A stretch of DNA of 46,859 nt from an uncultured Methanosarcinales archaeon (GTDB lineage: Archaea > Nanobdellota > Nanobdellia > Woesearchaeales > CAYSVS01), in NCBI GenBank assembly GCA_964434475.1, contig CAYSVS010000003.1, forward strand, positions 1-46,859. The letters run 5' to 3'. The notes below the pieces were generated by a model. That model had not been told where the DNA came from, searched no databases, and saw only the letters and a program-made list of their open reading frames with translations. Positions 12,301 through 17,826 of this stretch are shown one piece after another. The position numbers were made by a program, and so were the translations under genes. Every line of letters starts with the position of its first letter. Position 1 is the stretch's first letter.

Positions 12301-13439
12301 ATGTAACACAGGTTGATCTTTGGGCAGTAACAAGAGATGCAGATAATTTAACGTCTGAACTTATTTATATTTTATTGGATCAATCTAATTCAAGTTTTAT
12401 AAATTGCAACATAATAAGCAACAGGTATATTGGTTGTTCTGCTCCTGGAAAAGATCTTTATGGCTATAACAATCTTTCAATAAACATAAGTGATGGTGAA
12501 CATTACACTATTGAAACAATAAAGATGAATGTTTTGTCTGTGATTGACTTTAATGTTACATCGCCTGTTGATAATAATACTTACTACGGATATTTTGTTG
12601 GCGTAAATTTCACAGCTGATGAAATCATATCGAGCGCATGGTATCACTTGGATAATGAAACAGATAATATCACTATACCTACAGATGACATCAATGCGTA
12701 TAAGCTTGCTTATGTGAAAGAGTTTGGCAATCACAGTATTAGGCTTTATGCGAAGAACTCTAACAACATAGTAAGCGAGAAAGTGATAAACTTTACAACA
12801 CAATCACAGCCTGCATGGGTACAGGGCTATGTTTCAGATGAGAATAATTATATTTATAGGGCAGGCGTGAAGTTAATCCAGCACGGAAGTGTTGTCGCTA
12901 CATATCTGACAAATGAATCTGGTTTCTATAAGTTTAAGACAGTGGGAGGAGATTTTATAGTTAAAGCAACCAAGTATGGTTATGATAATTATCAAAGTAG
13001 CGTGACTTTGACTCCAGGAAGTACAACAACAAATGATATTGGGTTAACACCTTCAAGCTTGAGCGGAAGCTTTGTCGGACAATTATACATTATAGATTCT
13101 GCTACATATATGCCTTTGGATCCTCAAGGTTATAAGGTTAAGCTTATCAAGAATATAGGCGGAGAAGAGGAAATTTTACAGGTCGCAGAGATAACATCTG
13201 TTTCAACAGACGCTTTTGGTTATTCTTTCGGCACCCATAGGTTTAACGGCTTGTTGTCAACAAGCTCAAGCAATGCGATGTACAGGACAGAGTTGTACGA
13301 TGATTGTATCGACAACGGAACTTGCACATATTGGTCAAAGCCATCCTTGTTTGGGTTAGATGCTGGACAGATTGTAAATTTTGATCCAGATAATAGTACA
13401 TGGTATGATTCAGGAGAGATTATGGTAGGTAGAAGCTGA
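351..13439 (+). CDS. Giant secreted surface/adhesin-like protein (4,362 aa), mosaic of Ig/PKD-like repeats, Cys/Asp-rich repeats, a TSP3-like repeat and a CarboxypepD_reg-like C-terminus
   Basis: Uninterrupted 13,089-nt ORF in AT-rich DNA. Signal peptide MRKRISLAGIIILALLLSVCFVSAAPW. Repeated modules of the form NRAPNIT..DYDGD..YYW..NGTYNITV. Very dense N-x-S/T sequons. Ends ..GEIMVGRS with no TM helix or sorting signal. Confidence 0.95.
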   Translation: MRKRISLAGIIILALLLSVCFVSAAPWYVDLFNWFKSDNKITGFATLDDNSSILSTDNSTTIMEGENESLGIMTIKEGMAIYGQFNRSNGGYAVGFNTSIVVNVTRDGTICECLIQRQYMASNGVTGSTGNYQWSNQADQNEWNYSVCESCDTASCNNYSGFSGFDPACIDCTDYTGTCYSDLPDECLVNCGSNPHCTENSDGFNDTDKGCEEDIETGDALWARIYGSEKGCQDADSPNTTIDVNADSIQIPYGYVYGCNEINEPLINLIEPIDNDQVYITTINFTFNVSDESGIANCSLLFDDEVNYTMYDVERNIIMNITKTLPYGIYNWSIGCYDNVSNYNVSEYRRLIVSEVNRAPNITSFKAPPVVSGFTGQIFNETFDFSNSSIPTDEGDNVNFYVNATDYNGNDYRLMICTSGNIESDLTCSAAMICNSSYVSSGSLASCTNNTLGKSNEAYTWYSFICDNQNCSGPYNHYSPYNVNHKPTITSPTTSGNQYDTSIITCINGTASDSDTEGGQDTASLNNYRWYSGGADPNNLISGQNGNTLDCSAVAQCDSGIYIKCSHNAIDNHNLEGDYSNSSGVLIKDSTIVSNNIDCYNGSIWKDCSAIKYGETIEQVRANCVDSYNASFKLENIPDNDVYFDVGEISGSGWIMYNNDDVVVNESGDWNISVVCENENTTRQGNSEWLVNWGTLNAINIDPLNDFGVGQYSIFNFTTNITCNGGECEDINAWIKTDDEDVPENSGTPAYTLDSNPDLLCTNMYPGQSCQTRWRLNATGNIGGYNITVTYSSSNSNVANSSTNVIVMTIQDSGAPVVTLTSPDDPHNNTDGNQMFTAEAVDASNISNCSLYTNITGQFMINDTEYGDKASYSFQINSIPDDTLFVWNVQCCDNMSNCAFAEDNRTVRIMINDAPYITSPNPIQTNIAMDETDSYPFSIVKNDDDWWDTVSVTWYVNGTLNKSGTSPSYDFYTFYSGYESAGVYNITVVLEDLEGLTDEHTWTLIVNNKNRDPVISSFNFTNSTDIDYDSNVIANENSLLEFAVNASDPDDDALGYYWYIDDVLNETGSNAWQWQTDYDDNGTYNISVKVNDTYGATVWQNWSLVIKNNNRAPNITSYAPIILIPSIDEGDNLTFNATAIDYDGDDIGYYWFVNGSLEQTNGNYTFEANETSAGVYNITLIVNDSFGDSDSLTWILNVSIVNSNASIDAYHPLANPIINETESQEFNITASDADNSIPTAQWLLNGTPVDSDYSYTYNSDYTSAGSYNVTVLLTDVDSGQVTDRREWLLVVTNVNRIPVIHDYNFTNSTDIDYDSNVIGKENSTLVFAVNASDLDVDDSIGYYWYIDDMLNETSSNTWQWQTDYDDNGTYNISLKVNDTYGASVWQNWSLIINNQNRAPNITYYAPISLSPSIDEGQNLTLNITAIDYDGDNINIYWYENETLKQIGSNYTFITNETSAGSYGVSVLVNDTYGDYTLLTWIITVNAVNSNATIYTYYPLANPIINETESQEFNITASDADNSIPTAQWLLNGTPVDSDYSYTYNSDYTSAGNYNVTVLLTDVDSGQVTDRREWIFTITNVNRYPQITQQVQFLNLTDQHGFIANASATDPDGLSELQNCIVYYYNASHNFSKEGDYSSGKCQAVINMSDGFSIFEKINVSIEFTDIYGASNITENRSNSIPNNNPSVTDVLVSPGAPTTLQNLTCSYTFSDPDGDENNSIIRWYKEDLEQISLENVSLVLSGNTSNDETWNCTVIPLDNYGGIGASKSYAVIIGSTAPYITETLDVFNRTGHYFNITAKASDADGVGDIANCSLWHGIGAPSSIKNGIFNNVTGRCIINLSIYDGYDVFDAITVKLQFTDKSGKSINTSVKTNAIPNYAPDINKVFIPLVVNETDWLNVSFAATDADGDVINYKIYRNDSEQASTNISDWLTTYDDAGYYEYKLVANDSYESDINYSYVTILDVNRAPIIYSYNFSNGTDIDYDSDVIANEGDSLDFVINASDPDGEAINYYWYFDDVLNQTGSKLWQWQPGFDNNGTYNITVKVNDSQGLYDVHDWTLVINNKNRAPNITGYTPLNLLPIIFEGQNMTFNVSTTDYDGDAMNIYWYVNSSLEQINGEYEFEANATSEGHYNITALVNDTFGDYDVMSWILEVVGTNQNATINTFYPAVDPVINETDSQEFNITAHDDDGSSPTAQWLLNGSNEASGYTYTYNSDYTSAGSYNVTVLLTDVDIAQVTDRREWILTIKDVNQVPVIVVDISLNNFSVGHGFNISARANDGDDNLQSCRLFYGYGSSLDNIKAGNLDGLGNCKVSLENTTDNLAGNTAINMTVEFSDSESAKINTSYASNTLSNNDPTINFVNVQPADANELDNLSCNYSISDMDSDDFIVNFDWFIDGISLGLNMSNISYGNTSIGDNVSCKVTATDTFNGISSDKSSNITIIPSNQPPVVDAIVLTNLTNLHGFHVFANATDINANFDSCIVWHSTFSPPTTKTIGSIYINGNYAECRLNLTNSTYNVDDNVYVKVQFNDTYGYSVNSSISSNHISNIKPTVVDVSIVPSSPTAEDDLSCSYNVIEPENDAYYTNIFWYNDDVLVPELNNLTNISYTNTSNGEEWYCNVSAVDSYGLISAYNASSSITIQNITAWTNLTLPEGIYSIKPAPAPDYGTFKYNFTLGFDDFTSSAGNEVKCYIEESDCNGGFGTCTILELNKTVTSTITNGNFNITHELQPSDVINTSQAGTTSIYVPWEIKNCSLYKEGNLLYTNNISWRIHVHPTNWSSGDIANANNCYNEGKGQFFLNTVKCDFYGDVAFASFMYSGTKVEGYCHDNIDNNDIFPEIDCNDDNCKGITYSCLDKKDLDNNTLYYSPSGSHGTLASEIKTGDIDSVVSDVATSNTDIQWTQHSMPNGTFKIRFRKWALDKIATIKIKGLPEIKRVNKYAPAMDQANGLMEYFINGSDATVDTDVLEEGQNYANEIWLKSFITDQKITNLDTTLNVTFLHPELIDMSEGYNVTITLSYCEGGSCDNYETYIDVYFDDPTYGGTPGGEWASDNENEWEIGLGVSGITWAGCNDTKNSDFDYLGTGSTSFDQSSYDCYDIDCDAKQGPAARNTYTGQDTKGLCSYSGEHANDAMCFDEYNNDWHTEDTTYGHLNTNVDTMFTDCRDSDCDGVVNPANASQICEHSIELNCSDGFDNDHWQVADCNRAAGADYNSLEYDCAAYCRATIDSSEKGSECDDGIDNDWDKYYTDGGGRTGYSLNTTYGAGMDCAWGSGADEDCDNEILSNGKRCELNNESTCDDSFDNDYDDGHTIQAGWSAAYYNQYFGQFGMTYSSNADCDDYDCYNKLNCPTDESLNLSWCFDGADNDLDGLIDCADSDCLGKTNPENENETCYPDEFLVDSYQVCNNDFMSFTLPSNVAITPRDDDGDGNANCQDSSCKQAFGNCGPCPDVENVTYDSCANSKDDDLDANIDCADTDCYGMIGNYEGALCSSEENSDALCSDGFDNDNDGGADCADSNCRNNNFASCSAAENCNDAVDNNGNGLIDCQDSTCLAACDLVTDFSSTLYGPSTDYLSLDNEKLKIYWNNRVRKGSNHTVRFTFSDPYTYSQLTLGNLGGDALPVGQGLQGNNFALSGPDASLFETQNYNENGAHDKGQIAVVDSDDGGSSLDVTINIPTDSAMSQKQYELITLINSKSITGNLLDVLVLDDIAPTIDNVVIQPSSLEVEYGDTFWVRAKATDPDNGDPYEGEIYDCRFKITGPGGYSHTTSSSSCQYTSNAITSSGTYTVNVTARDATGNYGSVNSTSYAITVKPKYVSGTNTYPMIPWYKNGQSMQVSADFKSEKAISGNSCTVYREGGISLGTITATKIGDSVSCNGTVNVPAVSTNMYKIYVNITDANSNTAKSDNKVVHVCDTSYSGICKYADFDLDGAPEGIKYKYNDSLVCDNCPNTYNPDQYDSDGDGVGDVCEDMSPHIDNKIYNSREDENVTQVDLWAVTRDADNLTSELIYILLDQSNSSFINCNIISNRYIGCSAPGKDLYGYNNLSINISDGEHYTIETIKMNVLSVIDFNVTSPVDNNTYYGYFVGVNFTADEIISSAWYHLDNETDNITIPTDDINAYKLAYVKEFGNHSIRLYAKNSNNIVSEKVINFTTQSQPAWVQGYVSDENNYIYRAGVKLIQHGSVVATYLTNESGFYKFKTVGGDFIVKATKYGYDNYQSSVTLTPGSTTTNDIGLTPSSLSGSFVGQLYIIDSATYMPLDPQGYKVKLIKNIGGEEEILQVAEITSVSTDAFGYSFGTHRFNGLLSTSSSNAMYRTELYDDCIDNGTCTYWSKPSLFGLDAGQIVNFDPDNSTWYDSGEIMVGRS
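3982..4211 (+). repeat. Near-identical 230-nt core (module C), copy 1
   Basis: Base-by-base comparison with 4840-5069 shows only 2 mismatches (agc/aac and caa/cag). Confidence 0.9.
4840..5069 (+). repeat. Near-identical 230-nt core (module C), copy 2
   Basis: Same as 3982-4211, at an offset of 858 nt. Confidence 0.9.
6243..7100 (+). repeat. Third, more diverged copy (858 nt) of the A-B-C super-repeat
   Basis: NRAPIIYSYNFSNGTDIDYD.. / NRAPNITGYTP.. / QNATINTFYPAVDP..DRREWILTIKDVN, collinear with copies 1 and 2. Confidence 0.85.
8823..11009 (+). other. Cys/Asp-rich region of the giant protein with repeated C.DG.DND.DG..DC.D.DC motifs (putative metal/Ca-binding, MopE-like motif)
   Basis: Examples: CFDGADNDLDGLIDCADSDC (10419-10478), CANSKDDDLDANIDCADTDC, CSDGFDNDNDGGADCADSNC, CNDAVDNNGNGLIDCQDSTC. 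Confidence 0.6.
12174..12250 (+). other. Thrombospondin type-3-like calcium-binding repeat within the giant protein
   Basis: CDNCPNTYNPDQYDSDGDGVGDVCED matches the C.N.PNP.Q.D.D.DG.GD.C pattern of TSP3 repeats. Confidence 0.65.
12825..13052 (+). other. Carboxypeptidase-regulatory-like beta-sandwich domain near the C-terminus of the giant protein
   Basis: GYVSDENNYIYRAGVKLIQHGSVVATYLTNESGFYKFKTVGGDFIVKATKYGYDNYQSSVTLTPGSTTTNDIGL follows the typical G.V.D..G.P...A.V......T.TD..G.Y......G.Y.l.....GY pattern. Confidence 0.6.
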
Positions 13440-16228
13440 TGAGACAAAAATATAAGATGATAAGGATATGTATGTTGGTTCTTATAGCTTTAGCTTTGTC
13501 TAGTTTCACTTATGCGTTTACAGTAGAAGGAACAATAACTGATGCGAGCAACAGTAGTTTATATATCAATAATGCAACAGTTAAACTATATAATGATAAT
13601 ACAGATGCGTTAATAGCTGAAGATACGACCGATGCTTCTGGTTATTACGTGATAGTCGATGCTTCATGTGCAGTGCCTATAACTTATAGATTAGAATATT
13701 CTGCAGTAAACTATAGCTCTAAGAATGATACGATTACATTGATGCCTTTCCCACCTGGAGCTTGCGGATTGACAGTAACAAGAGATCAGGATCTAGTAAA
13801 GGTAAGGATGCCTGAAGGTTATATAACTGGTACTGTGAGAGATTCTTTTACTATGTTGGGGTTGGATAAGACCGATATAGCATTGTCAATAACAGGAATG
13901 ACTATTCAGGAAAAGACAACATCTAAAATAGGAACATATAATTTTACTGTTTCGCCTGACAACTATGATGCAGAATACACAAGAGACAGATATTTTACAC
14001 AGGAGAAAAACATTAGCGTAATAGATAATCAAACAACAACACAGGATGTCGACTTGATAGAGATTCCTAGATTAGGAGGGTTAGTAAAAGATGATTCTGG
14101 CAATGCTGTAGGTGGTGCAATTGTTTCTGCATATGAGCTTGATATCGTAAATACGACATATTCTAATGAAACTAGGACCAGCAGTTATAAGACTGGTGAA
14201 GCGGTTGATTATTCAGGGGCTGTTTTCGATAATACTGTGCTGAATTCAAGCGAAGGTTATATAGAACTTAACAGCAGTTTTACTCAAGGAAATCTTACAT
14301 CAGCATCTTATAAGGCGGAAAGTATTCCTGCATATGATTCGATTGACTGGGATTCCTTTACTCCGGGCAATTCTAGTATTAAGTTTCAGATAGCGACCAA
14401 TACAGATAATTCAACTTGGAATTTTAAAGGGCCAGATGGAACAAATAACAGTTATTATGAATCTCCTGCGACAATTCCGCAATTACATGACAATGATCCT
14501 TATATGAGATATAAGGCTTATTTTGAGACAGACAATACTAATTATGTGCCTGTATTAAACAATGTAACCATAAGCTATACTTATGAAAGTCAGGTTGCGC
14601 ATCATACATATAATGAAACTTTGCTTAATTATACTGCTATTACAGGACAAGGAGGAGAATTTGTTGTAATTACTTCTATATCGCTTATCAAGTTAGTGGC
14701 AGAAAAATCAGGTTATAGTTCTAATTCAGTGATACTCAATGCAACAGGCGGAGAAAATACAGGAACCATAATTGTTATAGAATCATTGGACGAGCAGGAA
14801 GAACCTCCTTCTGCTTCAGGAGGGGGCGGCGGCGGAGCTTATGTGGGCTGTCTGCCAGAGTGGAACTGTACTGAATGGAGCATATGTTATCCTGATGGAA
14901 CAAAAACAAGAACATGTATAGATTTGAACGAGTGTCCTGATCCTGCTCGCATACCTGCAGAAATTGCATCCTGCGTATATGGACCTTATGTTGAAGAGCC
15001 AGGAGAAAAATTACCAAGAAAAGAATCGCCTTTGGTTTATGGATATATTCCTGAAATAGAGGAAGGTGTTGAAGATTTCAATGTAACTTTATTTGAAGAT
15101 ATGATATATGGTTTTAGGTTTGAAAAAGAAGATCATCAGCTGATAGTTTATGACATAGAAAGTAACAATGCAAAGATGTTATTCTATTCTGAACCAAAAA
15201 ACATAACTTTATTTATTGAACAGACTCAATCTATTGATCTTGATGATGACGGAACATATGATTATGTGATAAGTCTGCTTATAACAACGGATAATTCCAT
15301 AATATTGAATTTTGAAAAGATAACATTCTGGGATTTATTCTTTGAATGGATTTCAGAAAAAGGTTATGTTGTAAAATATTTGTTTATAGCTATATTTTTA
15401 GTAATCTTCCTTATATTGTTGGAAAGATTAACCAGAGGTTTGTTTGTTATATCCAGAAAAAAGAAGATGGCAAGATATGAATACTTTGAGAAACAGCTTA
15501 AACTTAAGGAACAGACATATAAAGATAAAAAAGATATAGAAAGCAGGATTGAACTGCTTAATATACAAGCTTCAAGGATTAAGTTTAAGGCAAAGCGCGA
15601 TAAATTACTGGCTAAGATAAGGAACAAGAACAATATGCTTAAATTGATGTCAGATAAGATAAAGATAGATCATGAGAAGAAGAAGCAGCTGTTGGATGTT
15701 GAGATGAGACAGAAAGAGCTCGCTTATGAGAAGCAGAAGAGAATGAAACTAAAAGATGTGCAGAAGAAAAAAGCAGACATAACTTTAGATAAAAAAGAAC
15801 TAAGTATAGATGATACTAAGCAGAGAAGACTGCTTGATCTGGAAAGAGCAAAAAGAAAGCTAGAAAAAGAAAAAGATATGGGCCAGCACAAGTTTAAGTA
15901 CGATATGGAAAAGGCAAGGATAGATGCTGAAATAGAAGAGTTGAAGAGGAGAAAGAAAAAAATGTTAGGATTGTTCAAAAATAAAAAATCAGAAGATATG
16001 TTGCTTGAGCCTAAGAAAGAAAGGAATAAGGATGTTAAAAAAGTCATCAGTAAGAGAAAAACAAGAAAAGTAAAAAATAAAAAAGAGAAGCCTCTGAAAA
16101 CAAGATCCAAAAGAAAAACAAATAATAAAAACGCCAAGAAAAGAAAAACATCAAGAAAGAAAAAAGAATCAAAAGAGAAAAAGATAATAGATAAAGTCGA
16201 TAATATTTTGAATAAGGGTGATTTATGA
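13439..16228 (+). CDS. Type-I membrane protein (929 aa): CarboxypepD_reg-like ectodomain repeats, Cys knot, one TM helix, long K/E-rich coiled-coil and polybasic cytoplasmic tail
   Basis: Start overlaps the giant ORF stop (TGATG at 13437-13441). Signal peptide MIRICMLVLIALALSSFTYAF. FTVEGTITD..ATVKLYN..TDASGYYVI repeats. Gly6 linker followed by CLPEWNCTEWSICYPDGTKTRTCIDLNECP (from 14849). TM helix YVVKYLFIAIFLVIFLILLERL (about 15363-15428), then about 265 aa rich in K/E/R. Confidence 0.9.
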   Translation: MRQKYKMIRICMLVLIALALSSFTYAFTVEGTITDASNSSLYINNATVKLYNDNTDALIAEDTTDASGYYVIVDASCAVPITYRLEYSAVNYSSKNDTITLMPFPPGACGLTVTRDQDLVKVRMPEGYITGTVRDSFTMLGLDKTDIALSITGMTIQEKTTSKIGTYNFTVSPDNYDAEYTRDRYFTQEKNISVIDNQTTTQDVDLIEIPRLGGLVKDDSGNAVGGAIVSAYELDIVNTTYSNETRTSSYKTGEAVDYSGAVFDNTVLNSSEGYIELNSSFTQGNLTSASYKAESIPAYDSIDWDSFTPGNSSIKFQIATNTDNSTWNFKGPDGTNNSYYESPATIPQLHDNDPYMRYKAYFETDNTNYVPVLNNVTISYTYESQVAHHTYNETLLNYTAITGQGGEFVVITSISLIKLVAEKSGYSSNSVILNATGGENTGTIIVIESLDEQEEPPSASGGGGGGAYVGCLPEWNCTEWSICYPDGTKTRTCIDLNECPDPARIPAEIASCVYGPYVEEPGEKLPRKESPLVYGYIPEIEEGVEDFNVTLFEDMIYGFRFEKEDHQLIVYDIESNNAKMLFYSEPKNITLFIEQTQSIDLDDDGTYDYVISLLITTDNSIILNFEKITFWDLFFEWISEKGYVVKYLFIAIFLVIFLILLERLTRGLFVISRKKKMARYEYFEKQLKLKEQTYKDKKDIESRIELLNIQASRIKFKAKRDKLLAKIRNKNNMLKLMSDKIKIDHEKKKQLLDVEMRQKELAYEKQKRMKLKDVQKKKADITLDKKELSIDDTKQRRLLDLERAKRKLEKEKDMGQHKFKYDMEKARIDAEIEELKRRKKKMLGLFKNKKSEDMLLEPKKERNKDVKKVISKRKTRKVKNKKEKPLKTRSKRKTNNKNAKKRKTSRKKKESKEKKIIDKVDNILNKGDL

Positions 16229-16713
16229 TGAAAGATATGGAAGAAACGCTAAAATCCATAAACAAGGAGATATTGACTGAAAAGAATTCAGCTTTGAAAT
16301 CGATAACCAAGTTAGAGAAAAAGCAGAACTTGAAGGTTGCTGATATTGAGTATGAACTTGATGAGTTGAAATCCAAATATTCTAAATTGGATGAGAAGAA
16401 AAAATATCTCGATAAGAAGATAACCGCTGCAGATAAGAAGTTAGAATCTTTGTCGAAAAAGAAAGAAAGGAAGCAGAACTCGATAGATAAGCTTAAGAAA
16501 GCGGTTGAAAAACTGAAAGAGATAGAGAAAGAATACAATAGCCTGGATAAGGATGAAAAGAATATGAAAGAGAACAAAAATACCATATCTGGTCTTCTAA
16601 AGGAACTGAAGAACATAATTAAGATAAAGCAGAAAAAAGAAAAAATGCTCAAATCTGCTTTGAAAAAGTTGAAGAAGGAAGAATATCAGCTTAAGAATAT
16701 AAGGTTCAAATGA
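16225..16713 (+). CDS. K/E-rich coiled-coil protein (162 aa), function unknown
   Basis: ATGA overlap with the upstream stop (16225-16228) and GGTGA 4 nt upstream. Heptad-like K/E/L composition throughout. Confidence 0.7.
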   Translation: MMKDMEETLKSINKEILTEKNSALKSITKLEKKQNLKVADIEYELDELKSKYSKLDEKKKYLDKKITAADKKLESLSKKKERKQNSIDKLKKAVEKLKEIEKEYNSLDKDEKNMKENKNTISGLLKELKNIIKIKQKKEKMLKSALKKLKKEEYQLKNIRFK

Positions 16714-17822
16714 AATCTCGTATAGCATCATTGGAAGCTGCATGTGTTGTAAAGGAATTGCAATTTTTGATATCTGGCAAGATAGATAAGATATTTCAGC
16801 CAAAGAAAAATGAACTTGTGCTTCAGATGCACATACCTAATCTTGGCAAAAGATTCTTGAGGATATTATCTGGAAAACTTATTTATCTTGCTTCCATAAA
16901 AGAGAGTACAGAAAAACCGCCTGGATTCTGCATGTACCTTAGAAAACATCTTAGTAATTCCAGGATAAGGCAGATAAGGCAGATAGGTTTTGAAAGGATA
17001 GTTGAATTCGTATTTGAGACCAAAAGTTCTAAATATTCTTTGATAGTTGAGTTATTTGGTAATGGAAATATTATCTTATTGAAAGACAATATTATACTAT
17101 CTGCTTTGGAATATAAAAAATGGAAAGACCGGCTGATAATGCCTAAACAAGAATATAGCTGCCCTAAGTTCAAGTATGATTTCTTGAAATTAAAGGAATC
17201 TGACCTGATAAGGCTTTTTGAAGAGACAAATAAAGAGTCTGTGGTGAAATGTCTTGCTTTGGATTTGGGATTAGGCGGAGTATACGCTGAAGAACTTTGT
17301 TTGAGGGCAAAAATCGACAAAAACAATGTTCCTAAAAAATTCAAGAAAATAGACAAGCTTTTTGCAGAGATAAAAAATATAAGAAAACTTAGGATTAATG
17401 CTTTTGTGATAGATAAAGGCAAAGATATAGTGCCTTTTGATATGCTTTATTATCCAGATAATCTTAAAGAGCAAAATGAAAGCTATAATTCTGCATTGGA
17501 TTCTGTCTTCACAAAAGCAAAGCTCAAGGAAAGGAAAAAAAGGCTTACAAACAAACAGTCAAAAGTCCTGGAAAAATACGAAAGGATGATTGCAGACCAA
17601 GAAAAGAATATAGAGAAGTTGAATAAAGATGAAGATAAGAACAGAAAAAAGGGTAATGCTATATTCAATAATTATCAACTGATCAATGATATAATCAATG
17701 AGCTGAAAAAGGCCCTTAAAAAATATTCATATAAAGAGGTTAAGGCAAAGCTTAAAGACCATAAGATTATTAAAGAATTCAATACTAAGGATAGATCAGT
17801 AGTTGTAGAGCTGGAGGAATAG
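16710..17822 (+). CDS. NFACT-N family protein (FbpA/RqcH/Tae2-like ribosome quality-control factor), short form
   Basis: MKSRIASLEAACVVKELQFLISGKIDKIFQPKKNELVLQMH.., GFERIVEFVFE, LIVELFGNGNIILL, and an HhH-like LDLGLGGVYAEELCLRAKID followed by a coiled coil. ATGA overlap at 16710-16713. Confidence 0.8.
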   Translation: MKSRIASLEAACVVKELQFLISGKIDKIFQPKKNELVLQMHIPNLGKRFLRILSGKLIYLASIKESTEKPPGFCMYLRKHLSNSRIRQIRQIGFERIVEFVFETKSSKYSLIVELFGNGNIILLKDNIILSALEYKKWKDRLIMPKQEYSCPKFKYDFLKLKESDLIRLFEETNKESVVKCLALDLGLGGVYAEELCLRAKIDKNNVPKKFKKIDKLFAEIKNIRKLRINAFVIDKGKDIVPFDMLYYPDNLKEQNESYNSALDSVFTKAKLKERKKRLTNKQSKVLEKYERMIADQEKNIEKLNKDEDKNRKKGNAIFNNYQLINDIINELKKALKKYSYKEVKAKLKDHKIIKEFNTKDRSVVVELEE

Positions 17823-17826
17823 TCTT

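Noticed and set aside
558-13447. Minus-strand ORFs of 60-108 aa inside the giant gene (for example 2276-2557, 8791-9302, 10747-10992, 12477-12803, 13220-13447).
   Set aside because: All lie antisense within a 13-kb ORF with clear domain structure. They have low-complexity or odd composition, no promoter or start context, and no recognisable motifs. Most likely they are chance ORFs.
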